Source: Antedon mediterranea (lineage: Eukaryota; Animalia; Echinodermata). From it: 64,000 nucleotides of DNA. A model generated the notes under the pieces. That model did not search any database, was not told where the DNA came from, and saw only the letters and a list, made by a program, of their open reading frames with translations. This document shows positions 52,401 to 64,000 of this stretch, piece by piece. The stretch covers positions 23,991,648 to 24,055,647 of the forward strand of contig NC_092673.1 of the NCBI RefSeq assembly GCF_964355755.1, read 5' to 3'. Position 1 is the stretch's first letter, and each line of letters begins with the position of its first letter. Both the position numbers and the translations under genes were made by a program.

Positions 52401-55400
52401 GTCATTGACACATAGGATGGTATGCTGCCCTTTATTGCCCTGTAGAGCATTTATTTTTATCCGTACATGACATTCACGCTAGAAAAGGAATTATTTATAA
52501 GGAAAATCTTAAGTGATAAAACGGTTTGCAGGAAATTAATATAGACATAAAAAAAGGGGTTTATAAAAAAAAATTGTATTAATAATAGCTTTATCATCAC
52601 CATGATTTAATTCAAAACTTAAAGCATCAACCCTCTCCAAAATTTATTTATTTTTCTCACGCTTTGTATTTTTTAACTTTCACTGTATACTAAAAGCTCA
52701 CTTATATCCAAATGCATTGACATTTTTGCTGTATGCATCAAAACTCCTAAACTGTCATTACAATTACTGTGGTGTATTTATAAATGAATTATTCTTTATT
52801 GAGAATATAATTGACATCTTTTTCTAGATTTATAAAATATTTATTCCCCCCAATGCACCCCCTCTCCTGTATTCCCCCTCTAAATGTATCCCCCTCCAAA
52901 GTATTCCCCTCAATGTATTCCGCCTTCAGGATGTGATGCTTATTATGGTGACTTGTGTTAAATCTAGTTACTCTGATGTACTATTTAAAAATAAGCTTTG
53001 ATCTTGTACAAAATGTTTGCTAATGACCTCCCAATGAGGAGTGAGTGTTTTGCAAGTAGTGAGTGAGTAGTCTTGAGTCTGCTACTCTCTGCTCTAAATC
53101 TCAAACATCTCATACATGTATATTTACAGGGATTTCATGTTGATCGTTTGTATACAACAGGAAGAAATGTCATGTGTACCTCTGTCCTACATTTAGCTAC
53201 TGAGTTTTACAGAATTAGCACATGGGTCACTAGGTCCTGTGAAGTTGCAATTTGTCGTGTGGAATCCTTTACATTTCGCAACAGCTGAATTTACATTTCT
53301 ATGTCAATAATAGGCTTAATAACTAGAAGTATTTTAGCAAATGTTAAATGATTCAATATTTAGAGATGGAGTAGATTATTGGCACATTTGTTTTATTCAT
53401 CATAAATTTTGTTTTATCAGAACTTTTGATTTTTTTAACATGACCAATTTTATTAGTAAATTTATTTCATTGGGAGTGAATGCATCTTAATTTTCTGCAG
53501 AAATTGTTTGGGTGTAGCAACACTATACATTTATTTAAAAACTACTTATGCAAAACAGCTTTTATCTATCCTAATATACACAGTAGTAAAAGAAGTTTCT
53601 TTAGAATTATTCATAATTCTGACTCTGTATGCTGCTATATGCTGCTGCTATATGTCGAATATCCTACCACTAATGACATGCTTGGTCAAATTTTGTCACT
53701 CTAGACTCATCTAGTGCTAGCACTAAATCAGCACTAGGTCTGGTCCCTCGAAATGTATGTATTCAAATAAATTAATTCCTAATTTCATTGATGGCCACTA
53801 CAGATAATATGATGTATTTAATTCATGTAACCCTCTTCAGCATTTTACATGTTCTGAAGATATTGTCTAGTCCTTGTTTTTAATTAAGTGTATACACTTA
53901 CTTCACAAGGAAACACACATTATCAATCAAAAACAGGTCTTTATAATTGGTCTAATTGGTCTATCAAAACTCATGGTAAAGAAGTGATGTTGGAAATAGG
54001 GCAGCTGACAATTATAGCAAGAAAAGGTTAAATATGAATGATCTTTCTCATTTCTCTTGGGACTCTCTATCGAAAGTTGACTAACGTCCATTAGGATTTT
54101 GAACTATTCCTATTGGTCATTTCAATTCTTGGAAAGAAAAACATTATGGTCAACTGCGGCACATTGAATGAAATTGAAAGTTAAGCATAGATTTGATGTC
54201 AAACACCTAGGGATCTCAGCTGTTACTTTGTTTTTTCAAGATAACACTAAAATATGGGACCATAATTTATTCTATGTAGAATCCTATTGTTCTTAAGGAG
54301 ACACCATTGAGACCTTTATACCTGTAGGCGGAGTTGGATTGAACATAAGTGTAAATTTTGTAATGGTTGGTACTTGATTGTTTGAAACATCTTCGATATG
54401 CAATTGGTATTGCTACAGTGTGGTGGTTAGAACAGGGAGTAACTCCCTGGTTAGAAGATTTTCACAGCATACAGTACCTCATGTGATGTCCAAATACAAC
54501 TTGACTAATAGTCAGTCAATACTGGTCATCTAAACCCAATTAGTTTATCACTGTTATCGGTTTAAGAAGGTTTGCCTAAAGGGAGGGCTGAATGCCCATG
54601 GGAAGGTAATGTTCTCAATCCTGTGTAAACAGTTTAAATATATGAGTTAATTCTGTCATTCACACGAATATATAGTAACAACCATGTCATGCCTGTGGTG
54701 CCAAATAAATCCCCCTACTTGAGTCAGATCTGTTGTAAAAACAAGGCCTTGAAACCAGGAAAACATACTTTAGTCAGTAAGAACACATCTATGAATCTTA
54801 CGAGTTTGTGATAAAGATGTGCGTGTGGCACGGTGTGTTTGACGTTAGATTACAGATCGTGAGTTCGAATCCAACAATTAAAATTATGCTCAGAATAAAA
54901 TGTGTACATTTATTTTGGACAAATAACAAAGTAGGAATGAAAAAGTGTGTTCCTTGAACTAAATATGTCAGTATAATAGAAATTACAAAACTGTTTTTCA
55001 TTTGGAATATCTTTATATTAGATTCTTTCTATCACTGACTGTCATTTTATTCATTAAAATGAATAAAATAAACATTTCATAAAATAAAAGTTGAAGAGTT
55101 AACACTGAGATTACAGTATGTGTTGCCATAGACTAAAAAATATTGGTGGTGGTACTGCTGCAGCTCCTACTCTCTTTCATGATCTCTGATTTAGTGTCAA
55201 TATTTTGACCGGCTTACTGTATCTGCCACTACATGTTTTTTAATTTCATTGATTCTGAATATCTGCTTGAACTGTTAACTATGAAGTGTGTCAATCCCAG
55301 TTTTATGACAGTCAATGTATTAGTAAATCTGTCAAGTGAATATGAAATACTTATTGTAGTATTTAGTACTTTAAGCTATATGTCGTCATCAAGTACTTAT

Positions 55401-58400
55401 AAATTATATGTACTAGATGGTACGCTCGCTTCGCTCGCGTACCATCTAGGTCGTGCCCACAGATGGTTCTCGAATACATAATAATTTCAGCGTTAAAAAA
55501 CTGGCGATTTCAAATGTATGTACAATAATACATGTCGTTTACAGGAAAGAATAAATAGACAATGATTTATGTACTCAATTAAAATTAGCACCCTGAGAAT
55601 TACTTCCGAAAGAGAAACTTGTCACAAAATGAGACCAATTGTTTAAGTCAAATTTAAACAAACTTAATTTGTGTTTTGTATGTAACATTAGGGGTGAGGG
55701 ATGGGGAAGAGGATGGGTGCAAAGAGGAACAATTTTTAAATATATTAAATATATTCTTTATCCATTTAGTAACGAAATATTAATTGTTTTCATGTTTTAC
55801 AAATAATATACCACTAAACACAGTAAAACATTGCTATGTAATACTTTGTTGAAACTATCACCGTCCTAGTCGATTGAAATAGTACAGTACATGTAACGAT
55901 ACATCACTACGACGTGTATGTTTATATAATGTAAAACAATTTGTGAAAACCACCTCCATTCGAGGAAAATCATAAATTCGATTTAATCGTCAATAAATAT
56001 TAAATTATCTAACTCAACTTAATTAGTAGGCCTAATGGTTTTCAATTGTTTCTTAGAGCCAATTCATACTTAAGTTGGTTCTTACCCTACCCACCAAAGT
56101 TGTTCTGCGTTTAGGGGATGTGATGCACCGTAGGCCTATCCTGTACTGGCTTTACAACGCTACTCGTGCCAGTGAGGGAAGGGTGATGATGTGGGTGGTT
56201 TAAATGCAATAATAAAGATGTTTACATAATATACTGCGACTGAAAACGCTAGCTCATTATCCGTTTAAAAAAAATTATATCCAACCTCTGCAGCACAGAT
56301 TGAAAAAAAAAATGGATCAAATTTCTGTTATGAGTATACAGCACTTGCCTTTACGACGCCTGAGGGAATAGACACTTGTGGAACAGAGATTGGAATGTTC
56401 CATTCATCGCAAATCAATACATTTGTATAAACGTATATTAAATCTATCAAAATAGTATTTTTTAAAGAAAAGCGGCCTGTCTTCAACATTATGATGCTGT
56501 ACTCGAGCTGTTCAACCGGTTTTCAGCCATTAAAAACAATTATCGTAGGAGGAGATAGGAAAATGCGAAGCATCCTCGTATTATTGTCTGTGGGTATTTT
56601 TCAAGACGGACATCCATTAGACAGTGTATACCACGATCGAAAAACACCCCTATTTGGGGCAAATCGTTGAACCTAAATTCGTTTTAATTGTCAATAACTA
56701 ATTATCTAACTCAATTTAATTAGTAAACAGGGTTACATCAGGTGGTTAAAATCAGTACCGAGATTCTAACCAACTTTATATACCATCGAGTAAACATTCT
56801 AGAAATAACGCGCGATTTACCGAATTTTGCCCTTACGTAAATTTATATATAGATATATTAATGTTCATTATTCAGTCCAGCTAGTTCCAAAATATACAAT
56901 ATAATACTAATAGAGAAAACACAATCATTGGCTCCACTTTATCATCCCTTTCATTTTCAATTTCTCCTTCCGCCAACATCAATATCTTATTGACATTTAT
57001 TTGGCTATGAGAGTTGTTGTTACCATTTCTTTTAAAATTGATGTCGTCCCAATAGAATCCTACAGACTGTTAGGAAGCTTTGAATAAATTGACAAACCAA
57101 TCTGGATACAAACAATAGTTGGCACTATGCTAAATGCTTGTCAGTTAATCTTGGCCAAATTTCAACTGGATACAAACATTCCGGATCCCTTCACTTTAAT
57201 GGTTTGTAATATTTCGTGTAAAGCTTTAAATTACACCGATTGTTGTTTACCTTTTTTTTAAATATGATGATTTAGGTATGATGTTTGATAGAAACCTGTT
57301 TTAGAATGATACATTTGTTTTCATTTGCACGCCCGTAGATAGCTTTGTTTGCTGGAGTGTCCTTTTCAAGCTGGAGACTAGTAGAAGAAGTAGTAGCCTA
57401 GCTCATGACAATCCTTTCATTTTTTGTGGAAACATCTCTATACTAGCCACTTCTCCCCCTATACAAGTCCTGGTTTAGAGAGGGGACACCCATAAGGCTT
57501 ATTCAGACAGTGTTGACAAGGAGCCAGGTTGTCTTGAGGCTAAGTTGACTGGAGCTTAGTGGTTTAGGATCAAATTCATTCAGACATTGGTCCATAAAGG
57601 TCTGTCTACACTATCAAACTAATAGAAATATGGTAGTGATATGACATCATCACCTATATATGGGCACATCATACTTTTTGTCACATAAAGATTGATAGTG
57701 TCGACAGAGCTTTAGAATGGAATTGGAGAAAGGGGAGGCTTTTATTTATTTATTTATTTTTTTTTTTTTTTCAATCTTTCTTTAATACATTGAAATAAAA
57801 AAAAAAAGCAGACAGAGAAAAAATAGAAAGGAAGCTTTTATTGGTTTCAGATATCCAATTGGAAGAAATGGAAAAGGAGGGAAACCATTATTGGTCATTA
57901 AAAAGGAATTAAAACTGATGCATTGTTGCAATTGTACTTGTTATTTTAGTCCCATCATGCATTGCAAAAGTCCAGGTCCATATCATGAGAGATAGTTTGC
58001 GGTATTCCTCCTCATAGTTCACATAAGAAAGTTGGTAGTGTTCAACTAATTAATTATCGCTTATGTATAGTGATCTTTATTAATAAACGATATTGCGCAT
58101 CTCGGATCATTAAAGCTGAAAAGCTATAAAAATAGCACATATAATGAATAAAAAAATAATTTAATCATCTTACATTTTCATTTCAAAGTAATTAATGATA
58201 ATTCAATATAACTTGGTTTCATATTTTAGACTCATTTTTAGCTAAAACATGTGAATGTATAATGAATAGCGATGTGTCACAGATAACATGTTACTTTGCA
58301 CCTTTGGGAATATCACAGCATTGATTTAAAAAAAAACATTATTTAAAGTAAATAATTTTTTTATGTTAGATGAATCATTCCTGCCTGTCATTGGTTATTT

Positions 58401-61400
58401 GTCTGGAATCTGTCAAGACAACATACAGTATGTCGTTCTAACTTGTGTTTTACTGTAGTCTATATTTCTATTCATTGACATACACTTTAAACATACACTT
58501 AATTAAGTATGTGTGACTGTGACATAACAAGAGGAGCAACCCCATATATTTGTTCCATAAGGATATCTGAAATCAGTCTGTTAAAAACATGACATCCCGA
58601 GAAGTATTTGTGGATAGTATTTTTGTGGGTCTAGTAACACCATCTGCACATTCTCCAACGTATATTAAAATCATGTTAAATAAACGTATTTAACTTTCTC
58701 CAGATTCATATAGTATGTACTTCAAACTGTCTACTTCAATGTTTATCTCTCTCTTTTTGTTGTCGTTCTCAGTAGGACCGTCAACATTCTCTTGCATGCT
58801 ACCAGAGAATTATAGGGCAATTGTTCTGCTGGAATGTCACTCTGTTGCAGATGCAGCAGGCTGGAATATAGTTTTCTCCAACTAGACATATATACCTATT
58901 GGTCGTGCTGCAGCAGACCTTTATTACCATTTTAACTGTCATACAGACATCAAAATATCTGCCTAAAATCATATATATTATGCTATGCTCTGTGTTAGCA
59001 CCCATTCTCTTTTCACATAGTTCTAAGCTTATTGTATTTTAATTTATTTAAAAAAAATATGTCTATAATTAGGAGGGTTGTTCGCTCCATCAAACCCCTT
59101 CTACTGGCGCCTATGACTCTTTCATTTGTTTGATAAAACTATAATGCATTCTCACTCCTGAGGACGATCAAAGTATATTGATCGAAACGTTGAGAAACTC
59201 AACAGTTGATTTCACCATGCAAACCTTCAAACAATATAAAACTATAATGGCCATGAGCAATACATATAATTTCATTTAATTAACCGAGTATTTCATGTAC
59301 AGTATAATTAGAATATTTGTCACGCTTCATAGACCTTGAGAGGTTTGTCAATTTAACGGTATCTCTTCTTTTGTCTGTGGCTTCCAAACTACTTGTGATA
59401 AGCCAGCATTTGATTGGCCGATGCTTGGTCCCTGGCACTCACTGGTACTGTACCTTGTTAGTGTAATACTGTACTTTTATACAAGTGCAACAATTTTACT
59501 TTTAATTTTTCAATGGCTTGTTTATTATTTCCAGGTTAGAACATTAATATATATATTGAATGATGAAAGGTTATATTTCCACGAGGTACGGTGAAGGTTA
59601 TATTTCCATTGAATGCCATTATTTGTACCATTCCATGAATATAAAACATTCATTATATGTTTTATATAACATCTAAATAAATTCATTTTAATTAGGTTGA
59701 ATAAAAGGTACATTTGATTGAAAAAGAGTAACATTTATTTGTTTTTTGAATTTACATAATTAATATATGCCTATAAATTCTCATTTGTTGTTTTTATAAC
59801 ATACTAAATAGATTTATCTGGATTTTTAAAAGCCAAACTTTTTTTGTCTTTAGATTTTTACTTGTTTAAAAAAGTAACTGGCCCATGGAGGTGAAAGTGC
59901 TGTGATTTGTAATTAGATTCCTAAATACCATCATTTGATTGGTGTGGAACTTCATTCATTTTTGTAGCAAAGTACAACTCATAGACTTTTTATTTTAATG
60001 TCACAGATTGTTTTTTAAAAATGATAACACTGTTATTGAAACAAAAACAAATCGTGGAAGTTGGGTTTGATATAAAAGAAAAATATTATTTTTTGGATGT
60101 GTTTTATTAAATTTACAAGATGGATTTTATTCTTCTTTATTTGTTCATGTTTTTTAATACATTTAGAATACAAACAAGATTTGTTTTAAAAACTGATGAA
60201 ATATTGAAAGCAGCTCTGTAACAATCATCTTTACTTTGATAATTTGGATATAGCTTCCAAATAGGTTAAACATTTTTTAGAAAGAGAGTTGAAGTCACTT
60301 ATATGTAAGTGGCTGGATAATTAACTTCAGATTTACCCATTTGACTTTACCAATATTGGCAATGATTTTTTTCCGAATTAGTTTGTCACTGTCACCTAAT
60401 ATTGATGATTAGTGGCAGAATCTATTACTTTTCAAGTGTGCCAAGAAAAATGTCAAATCAGATCTTTTCTAGCGCTAAAGATTTTTTTTCCTGAATGTAC
60501 CATTTCCCACAGATGTTTTTGTTTTTTATTTAATACTAGAATAATCATACATTTTACAAACTAACTTCAGCAGTTTTCTTATCAATTTCCTTATCTACTT
60601 ATTGGTATACCCAGTTGTTTTTATCTGTCTTCCTGTGACTCAATTTGTTTACACCTGTAATCAATCAAATGTGACACCTGTGACATGTTTAAATCATCAC
60701 CTGGAATTCTTGACTTTCAACACCTGTAACTAGTTATGAATACTTTTGTTTAGGAAATTGCATAAAGCGAATGGCGTAGAAGCCATAGGTAATATAAGTA
60801 TGATGTAAAGGGCTAATTCAAATTCATTATATTATAAAAATAATGAATGAATATTTAATATTGCAAATAAAATTGCATCTGAAGTTTTCTCGGCACTTGA
60901 CGTGGGTATACGCCAATCTTTTTAAATTGATATATGAATGGCTTGTCGCATCATGAAAGCGAAAAGTTGCTAATGATGTACGCGCAATCTGACACAAACC
61001 TAAACTGAAGTCAGAGCAGGTATTAAAGACCCTGACTATTTTCACAGGCTGTAAAAACTTAGAGCCCCCCTCCCTCAACAACGTCCAAAGTGTTCCAAAA
61101 GGGTTTGACTGCAAAGTATCCAAGTTTATTTATTATGTTCTTGAATATGTCACAGCAATATCATATAGTATAACATCAATTATTACTGAGGCTTGACACT
61201 AAATCCCATATCATTTTTTTAATTCATCAATTACTTATTTACAGTATATCAACAAGACTAATATCATTAATAGAAATCACACATTACTAAATGTGTACAT
61301 TCTTATGCATAATTGAATAATCCATTAGGGGCTTGAGAGGATTATAATAGTGTGAATATTTTGAAAGAAATTCATTTATCCTTGTAAAGTTTGTAATAAA

Positions 61401-62895
61401 AAAAAATAATCTTGTTACAATATACATTTTTCGTTAGTCATACCCTTTCCTAAGCTCCCAAAGGACTTGCATGTTATTGGTAGCAATTAGTACCATAAGG
61501 TTCAGGGAACTTACGAATTTGCGTCGAACCTGGATATTTTGCTAGTTATAATTTATAATAATAAGTTAAAGGAGTTCTCAGCAAGCAGCCTGTTGTTGCA
61601 TTTCATATGAACCACCAAGAGCTAATTCTAAAAAAAAATAAAGTAGATAAAAGTAATTTTAAGAATGTTGTTATTGCTAAAGCATTATCAAATATTCAGA
61701 ACACGCATCACACACACAAATAAAATACATTTTAACATTAGATACTGTAGTTTTTAAAAAGGAGTTTCACAGTGCTTGTTCTACATTTCTCAAATTAGTC
61801 AAAATACAAACTACAAGCTTGGTTTCTTTTGTTTTTTTTTCACTTATTGCACGCATGCTTTTTGCATCTTGAAAAACCAAAATGCCCTGGTTTTTGAGAA
61901 CACATTTTATGAGATCTGTAAAAAAAAAAAATTCTTTACAAATCTTTACAGAAACCATGGGCTTTCCAGTTTTAATCCACAATTAACAGAATGGGATCTT
62001 CGTTATATAGCAATTGAGGCGGAGGCTAAAGAAAACTCCGACTACATGTTGTATGTGATCGGTAAAGGCAGCCGCGGCGTTGCATCAATGATTGAAGTTG
62101 CATACTACGTAGGACAAGGCCGAAAGCTTGTTTTATGCGTGCAGGATTTAGAGTATGGACTGACGATTGGAGGAGAAAAGGTGAGAAACTTTTTAGATTG
62201 TCTTTAAAAGAAACAGAGGAAATGCTGACTGGACACTCAACAGTTTCAGAGTAAGGGCTAAAATAACAGCATATTTCTGTGGTTTTGACAATAATAGCAA
62301 GTTATTATTTTTTTTTAATAGAGCTAATGAGCTCAATGTCCCTATTTTTGCTTTATGCCTAATTTTTATGATCTAACTTGATATATGATGTTTTTATGAA
62401 TTGATAAATTTATTTAGTCTCTAGACAAAATTGTCAAGGACACTTGCTTTTTTCTTCCAAAAATATATTAGAAACAAGTTTTCACTAAATAAATTTATAA
62501 ATTTCTTTATTCAACAAACCTTTGCTTTTTTATTATACTACAAACCATATGAATATTGATGAGGTTTCAATCAATTTATGATTTCCAGTTTATCTATATT
62601 AGTTTCATTATTTCAGTTTTTGTTTTGGTATTTGGTTGAAATAATTGCGACCTTTTAGTTTTAGTTTCCTTTTCACATTAGATTTTCCTTTGTTTTCTCA
62701 CTTCTCTTTTCTTTACAGCTTACTCAACGTGCAATAACAGACTACAACCGAGCTAGACAATATCTTACAGATGTTGTTAGTCGATGTGGTGTACCGATTC
62801 TCGACGATATCCAAACAGCGACAGTAACCCTCATTGAGAAAATTGAAGCAGAGAGGGCGCTCAAAGTACAGAAGTCGTTAGCAGTGTGTGAATAA
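40409..62895 (+). CDS. raw: Raw/OLRN-1 family protein: two nucleoside 2-deoxyribosyltransferase-like (Raw repeat) domains, each preceded by an EF-hand-like pair; 13 exons, ~574 aa
   Basis: Exons 40409-40512, 41573-41682, 41844-41961, 42786-42874, 43522-43613, 44259-44391, 44805-44877, 48145-48348, 48578-48641, 49293-49500, 50274-50397, 61952-62180, 62719-62895. All are GT-AG and phase-consistent (1725 nt). Motifs VFLGGSCNPTTWRHDIAIPLL..YYNPQVDEW..TRSTASLVEAAY and VYLGGTCRNTTWREEISIPLL..FNPQLTEW..SRGVASMIEVAY are the Raw repeats. Confidence 0.9.
40786..40962. mobile_element. 177-bp GC-rich MITE in raw intron 1
   Basis: Perfect 19-bp inverted ends tacccctttcacaccaaaa / ttttggtgtgaaaggggta, plus an internal copy of tttggtgtgaaagg. 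Confidence 0.75.
42197..42382. mobile_element. MITE, same family as 8856-9052 (inverted), in raw intron 3
   Basis: TIR aggccaatttacac / gtgtaattaggcct. The interior is the reverse complement of the 8856 copy. Confidence 0.6.
42986..43068. mobile_element. Small Tc1/mariner-type MITE (TA|CAGT...ACTG|TA)
   Basis: TA-flanked cagtagaa...agaggttcaactg. Related degraded copies lie at ~20200-20362, 47922-48099, ~50083-50210 and ~51320-51372. Confidence 0.55.
44460..44632. mobile_element. AGCTCTGTCTACAC-family MITE in raw intron 6
   Basis: Family interior plus an intact right TIR gtttgatagtgtagacagagct|tta. Confidence 0.8.
45176..46013. mobile_element. 838-bp non-autonomous Tc1/mariner (pogo/Tc2-like) element in raw intron 7
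   Basis: Perfect 27-bp TIR CCGTATATTTCGGTGTATAAGTCGCAC, TA flanks (one extra C on the left), internal GGTGCGTCTTATACA repeats and a CpG-rich interior. Confidence 0.88.
47922..48099. mobile_element. Tc1/mariner-type MITE just upstream of raw exon 8
   Basis: ta|cagcagaaccc ... ggtggtctactg; same family as 42986-43068. Confidence 0.5.
48695..48821. mobile_element. AGCTCTGTCTACAC-family MITE in raw intron 9
   Basis: ctctgtccacactatc...agtttgacaaaaaagtgtgatgtgccc...gtcacataaagtttgata. Confidence 0.75.
50478..50740 (+). mobile_element. tRNA-derived SINE (degraded)
   Basis: A-box-like TAGCTTGGTGG and B-box-like GGTTCAATCC at 50485-50540, followed by a non-tRNA body and an (AAT/AAAT) tail. Confidence 0.5.
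51875..52167. repeat. Diverged tandem duplication, ~159-bp period
   Basis: acaattagtaagtt...tctatagaaatgtgtc...taaaccctcaaa.gtatgaa at 51875 and again at 52034. Confidence 0.8.
53490..54250 (+). mobile_element. Possible highly degraded DIRS/Ngaro RT-RNaseH remnant
   Basis: Fragments LFGCSNTIHLF (~53505) and FELFLLVISILGKKNIMVNC (~54100-54160) resemble the LPFGCS and ELFPIV..K.I.F.CDN motifs. Many stops and frameshifts. Confidence 0.3.
55413..56853 (-). mobile_element. 1441-bp non-autonomous Helitron in raw intron 11
   Basis: The minus strand begins A|TCTATATATAAA at 56853 and ends CTAG|T at 55413. A terminal hairpin has a 13-bp stem (ctagatggtacgc 55413-55425 / gcgtaccatctag 55437-55449). 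No TSD; AT target. Confidence 0.8.
57598..57711. mobile_element. AGCTCTGTCTACAC-family MITE in raw intron 11
   Basis: taa|aggtctgtctacactatcaaact ... ttgatagtgtcgacagagct|tta. Confidence 0.8.
59147..59235 (+). mobile_element. 89-bp insertion with 14-bp TSD, Penelope-like terminal fragment
   Basis: ATAAAACTATAATG is repeated at 59133-59146 and 59236-59249. The insert carries a hammerhead-like core. Confidence 0.65.
59155..59194 (+). ncRNA. Minimal type-I hammerhead ribozyme-like motif
   Basis: ctc-CTGAGGA-c-GATCAA(agtata)TTGATC-GAAA-CGTT-gag: both conserved core boxes, a 6-bp stem II, a palindromic AACGTT stem III and a 3-bp stem I. Confidence 0.55.
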
Positions 62896-64000
62896 ACAAA
62901 CAAATACTACAATTTTTATTTATATATTTTTTCAATATTACATTTTTATTAAAGCAATTAAAATCGACACTCCCAATATGGATTTTCACTCAAGTATCTC
63001 AATCCTTTGTATTTTGTTTTCTGTGCATTTCAATTTAAATTTCAATTTATTTCCACAATATAATAACATATAGGATAATAAATACAATGAAGTAATCATC
63101 TGGGGGAGAGTCATATAAGTCAGAAAGACTTTAAGTTTGACCCACCCCAAGATATAACATTTGTCAGCATTTCATCTGCACGAAAACCTCAAAATAAGCT
63201 GGTGCTTAAATCAATCCAAATAAATGTAGATGGAGACTTTTCTATTTGTGCTAATAATACATTGCACACTTGTTTAATCTATTATCTCAAATAAACTACA
63301 ACATAACAACGACAACTTCAGAAGTTCTAAATCGATTTTAATTAATTAAGACTTCTGTCCTCTTTTTTTCTATTTTTTGGCGAGTGTGTGCTTTTGTAAT
63401 TAATCTGGACATCTGTATTGTAATGTATATATTCTACATGATATTGTGTTTTAACTTTTTTACACATGAAATAATACTTAAGCGAGTGTTTGAACTACAG
63501 TAATACATTTCCATTTTCTGGGAAAGTTTAACAACATATGTACAGATGCTTCAAACTCTATTAGGCATTATAAACTGGATGCTACAATGATGACATTACA
63601 TATATGGAGTTTAGTAATTGGCTGATAACACTCTCAAGAAAACAATAGTTTTTAGTGTCAACAAATGTGGTTCACATCTTATTTCTGGTTAGTATAGATT
63701 AGCATACATGGAGTACGCTTGTTTGAATTGATGCTACTGATTATATACCTGAGAAAAACATTAAATCATTATTCTTTCAAAACCTTCAATCCCCCTTCTG
63801 TAAGTAAGTAATAACTTACCGATACATACCCATATTTGGGCAGCATGCAAACATTGGTGACGTTTTTATGAAACAATAACACTTTTTCTGACCTAGTATG
63901 TTTTACATATTACATGTACAATTATGTTTTGTAGAAATATATTCATGGTTGTTACCCAAGAAACTAGACAAGATTAATAAAGAAGCCAGATATTTGACAG

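Noticed and set aside
54815-54875. tRNA gene (also tRNA-like heads at ~5300-5370 and 50478-50545)
   Set aside because: Only A/B-box-like motifs (GAGTTCGAATCC) are present, with no complete cloverleaf; better explained as SINE heads.
60193-60216. Second hammerhead-like motif CTGATGA-aatatt-GAAA-gcagctc
   Set aside because: Stem II has no loop and stem I does not pair; probably chance or a fully decayed copy.
63935-64000. Possible plus-strand exon after ttttgtag (IYSWLLPKKLDKINKEARYLT)
   Set aside because: Too short, cut by the window edge, and no recognisable homology.

Overview
AT-rich, intron-containing eukaryotic DNA from an invertebrate animal (deuterostome-like by gene and SINE content; inference only). 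It is not prokaryotic: no operons or CRISPR. Three protein-coding genes were reconstructed by hand from GT-AG exons. (1) The 5' part of a RalGPS Ras-family GEF on the minus strand, running off the left edge. (2) A complete 13-exon BTBD8/KIAA1107 orthologue (+, 15379-23795, ~1396 aa), head-to-head with RalGPS. (3) A complete 13-exon Raw/OLRN-1-family gene (+, 40409-62895, ~574 aa) with a duplicated [EF-hand-like pair + nucleoside-deoxyribosyltransferase-like domain] architecture. Between BTBD8 and raw lies a 12.55-kb CCCAGC...GCTGGG-terminated, apparently non-autonomous EnSpm/CACTA-like element (27361-39911) inserted into a small MITE. It carries two AACGTT-rich subterminal arrays, a 5'-truncated RTE-X LINE, ~4.3 kb of a palindromic 24-bp minisatellite, a nested Harbinger derivative with a Myb/SANT remnant, and a GTCT/TCTAGA array. 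The long repetitive ORFs of the ORF track are by-products of that minisatellite. Introns hold many MITEs, SINEs, LINE ends, a Helitron and an 89-bp hammerhead-ribozyme-like insert with a 14-bp target-site duplication. All family assignments come from motif recognition by eye; no database search was run.
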